Below, one piece after another: positions 62,326-64,000 of a stretch of DNA of 64,000 nt. The notes under the pieces were generated by a model that was given only the letters and a program-made list of their open reading frames with translations, searched no databases and had not been told where the DNA came from. The DNA comes from Sphyrna mokarran (lineage: Eukaryota): NCBI GenBank assembly GCA_024679065.1, contig JAGIQG010000001.1, positions 99,882,001 through 99,946,000 of the forward strand, written 5' to 3'. Position numbers and translations under genes: made by a program. Each line of letters opens with the position of its first letter. Position 1 is the stretch's first letter.

Positions 62326-63480
62326 AGCAGGTTTAAACAGAGTCAGCGTGGATTTATGAAAGGGAAGTTATGTTTGACAAATCGACTGGAATTCTTTGAG
62401 GATGTAATGAGTAAACCTGATGAGGGGCAGCAAGTGGATCTGGTTTATTTGGATTATCAGATGGCTTTCAACCACATAAGAGATTAATGGGTAAAATTAA
62501 AGCTCGTGGAATTGGAGGTAGTGTTCATTGAGATGGATAGAAAACTGGTTAACAGACAAGAAGCAAAGAGTAGCAATAAACTATCTTTTTCCAAATGGCA
62601 GGCAGTGATCAGTGAGGTACTGCAAGGTTTGATGATAGTAAGCAACAATTTATAATATACATTAATGATTTAGATGAGGGAACTAAATGGAAGATTTACA
62701 TATTTGCAGATGACTCAATGCTGAGTAGGACGATGAGCTATGAGGAGAATGCAGAGATGCTTCAGTATGATTTCCGCAGACTGAGTGAGCAGACAAATGC
62801 ATGGCAGATGCAGTTTAATGAGGATAAATGTAAGGTTATCCACTTTGGTAGCAAAAATAAAAAGACAGATTATTATCTGTCTTTTTGATTGTTATCTGGG
62901 ACACAGCTTCAAATTAAGGGGTGATAGTTATAGGACGGATGTCAGAGGTAGGTTCTTTACCCAAAGGGTGGTTTGGGAGTAGAATGCCCTGCCTGCAGCA
63001 GTTGTGGATGTGCCAAGTTTGGTGGCATTTAAGAGGTTAGTTGATAAGTATATGGAAGAGAAGGGAATGGTTTAGTTTGGAGGGGCATTGCTTTTTATTT
63101 GGTCGGCGCAACATCGAAGGCCGAAGGGCCTGTTCTGTGCTGTAATGTTCTATGTTCTATGTTCTATGTTCTATCTGAATGGCTATAAATTGAGACAGGG
63201 AAATATATAATGAGATCTGGATATCCTCTTACACTAATCATTCGAGGTAAGCATCCAGGTACAACCGGCAGTAAAGAAGACAACTAATATTGGTCCTCAT
63301 AGTGAGAGGATTCATGTATAGATTCAGGGATATCTTGTTGCAACTATACACGGCCTTGGTGAGACGACATCTGGAATATTGTGTGTAGTTTTGGTGTTCT
63401 TATCTGAAGAAGGATGTTCTTGCTATGGATGGAATGCACTGAAGGTTTACCAGACTGATTCCTGGCACTGATATAAGAGG
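62326..63480 (+). mobile_element. CR1 RT remnant with a nested young CR1
   Basis: SQRGFMKGKLCLTNRLEFFE, VYLDYQMAF, INDLDEG, FADDSML, WQMQFN. Confidence 0.88.
62880..63171 (+). mobile_element. Young CR1 3' end
   Basis: Near-identical to 6893-7158; (tgttcta)n tail; TATCTG duplicated at 62874-62879 and 63172-63177. Confidence 0.9.
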
Positions 63481-63654
63481 AGAGATTCTCTGGCCTTCCA
63501 GCTATTTTTTTCTCACTGGCAAGAGGCACTGTGCCATTTGCAAGCAGCAGGATTTGGTCTCACAGCAATCAATGGGATTTCGCATGGATTCTAATCCTTG
63601 TTGGGATGGAACAGAGGCTGGAAAATGGGTAAATTCAACACTCTTACTTTCACA

Positions 63655-63890
63655 GGTGGTTGGCTAGCTCAATTGGCTGGACAGCTAGTAAATTGTGCAG
63701 AACAATGCCAATAGTGTGGGTTCATTTCTGTACCAGCTGAGGTTATTCATGAAGGCCCACCCTTTCAACCTTGCCCCTCATCTGAGGTGTGGTGATCCTC
63801 TGATTAAATCACTACTGATCAGCTATCCCCTCAAAGAGGAAAGCAGCCATGTTCATCTGGAACTCTGGAAACTTTGCCTTTTACTTTCAT
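63655..63890 (+). mobile_element. tRNA-derived SINE (third family)
   Basis: Head tagctcaattggctggacagc (A-box-like) and gggttcatttc (B-box-like); body ctgaggtgtggtgatcctc. Confidence 0.65.
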
Positions 63891-64000
63891 ACTAATGATT
63901 CACGCTCATAGTAATAACTGGATATTGATAGTTTTTAATCGTACCTCTGATATGCAGTTCCAGTGAATGTGGGATCACTGAATATCCTCCACAAGGTAAC

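Noticed and set aside
6145-63890. tRNA genes
   Set aside because: All A/B-box sequences are SINE or LINE heads that run into repeat bodies, and none gives a clean cloverleaf.
326-63895. Most of the listed 60-180 aa ORFs as host genes
   Set aside because: They are frames within decayed CR1, SINE or other repeats, their antisense frames, or chance ORFs with non-ATG starts. No coherent exon chain is visible.

Overview
Eukaryotic, repeat-dominated DNA with no recognisable intact host protein-coding gene. The repeat complement points to a cartilaginous fish, probably a shark: HE1/V-SINE-type tRNA SINEs, HER1/CR1 LINEs with (TTCTA)n-type tails, Penelope/Poseidon-like elements, Rex/Babar and Harbinger-type DNA transposons. 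The window looks like a large intron or gene desert. Nested retroelement clusters alternate with several repeat-free, homeodomain-motif-rich islands that resemble conserved non-coding elements. Almost all listed ORFs are decayed transposon fragments or chance ORFs. The only long coherent reading frame is a 5'-truncated Penelope RT/GIY-YIG ORF (31217-32401, one in-frame stop). Most notable observations: (i) a ~208-bp multi-hairpin insertion headed by the 5' stem-loop of U2 snRNA, with an A-rich tail and a degenerate TSD (42560-42767; SINEU-like candidate); (ii) a LINE that appears to carry a tRNA-like Pol III head and gives rise to head+tail bipartite SINEs; (iii) five Penelope inverted-pLTR insertions with TSDs whose arms end at or near a hammerhead-like motif; (iv) a Harbinger-like element that contains a copy of its own flanking DNA; (v) fold-back/templated-insertion palindromes. 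All calls were made by eye, family names come from recalled motifs, and repeat boundaries are approximate.
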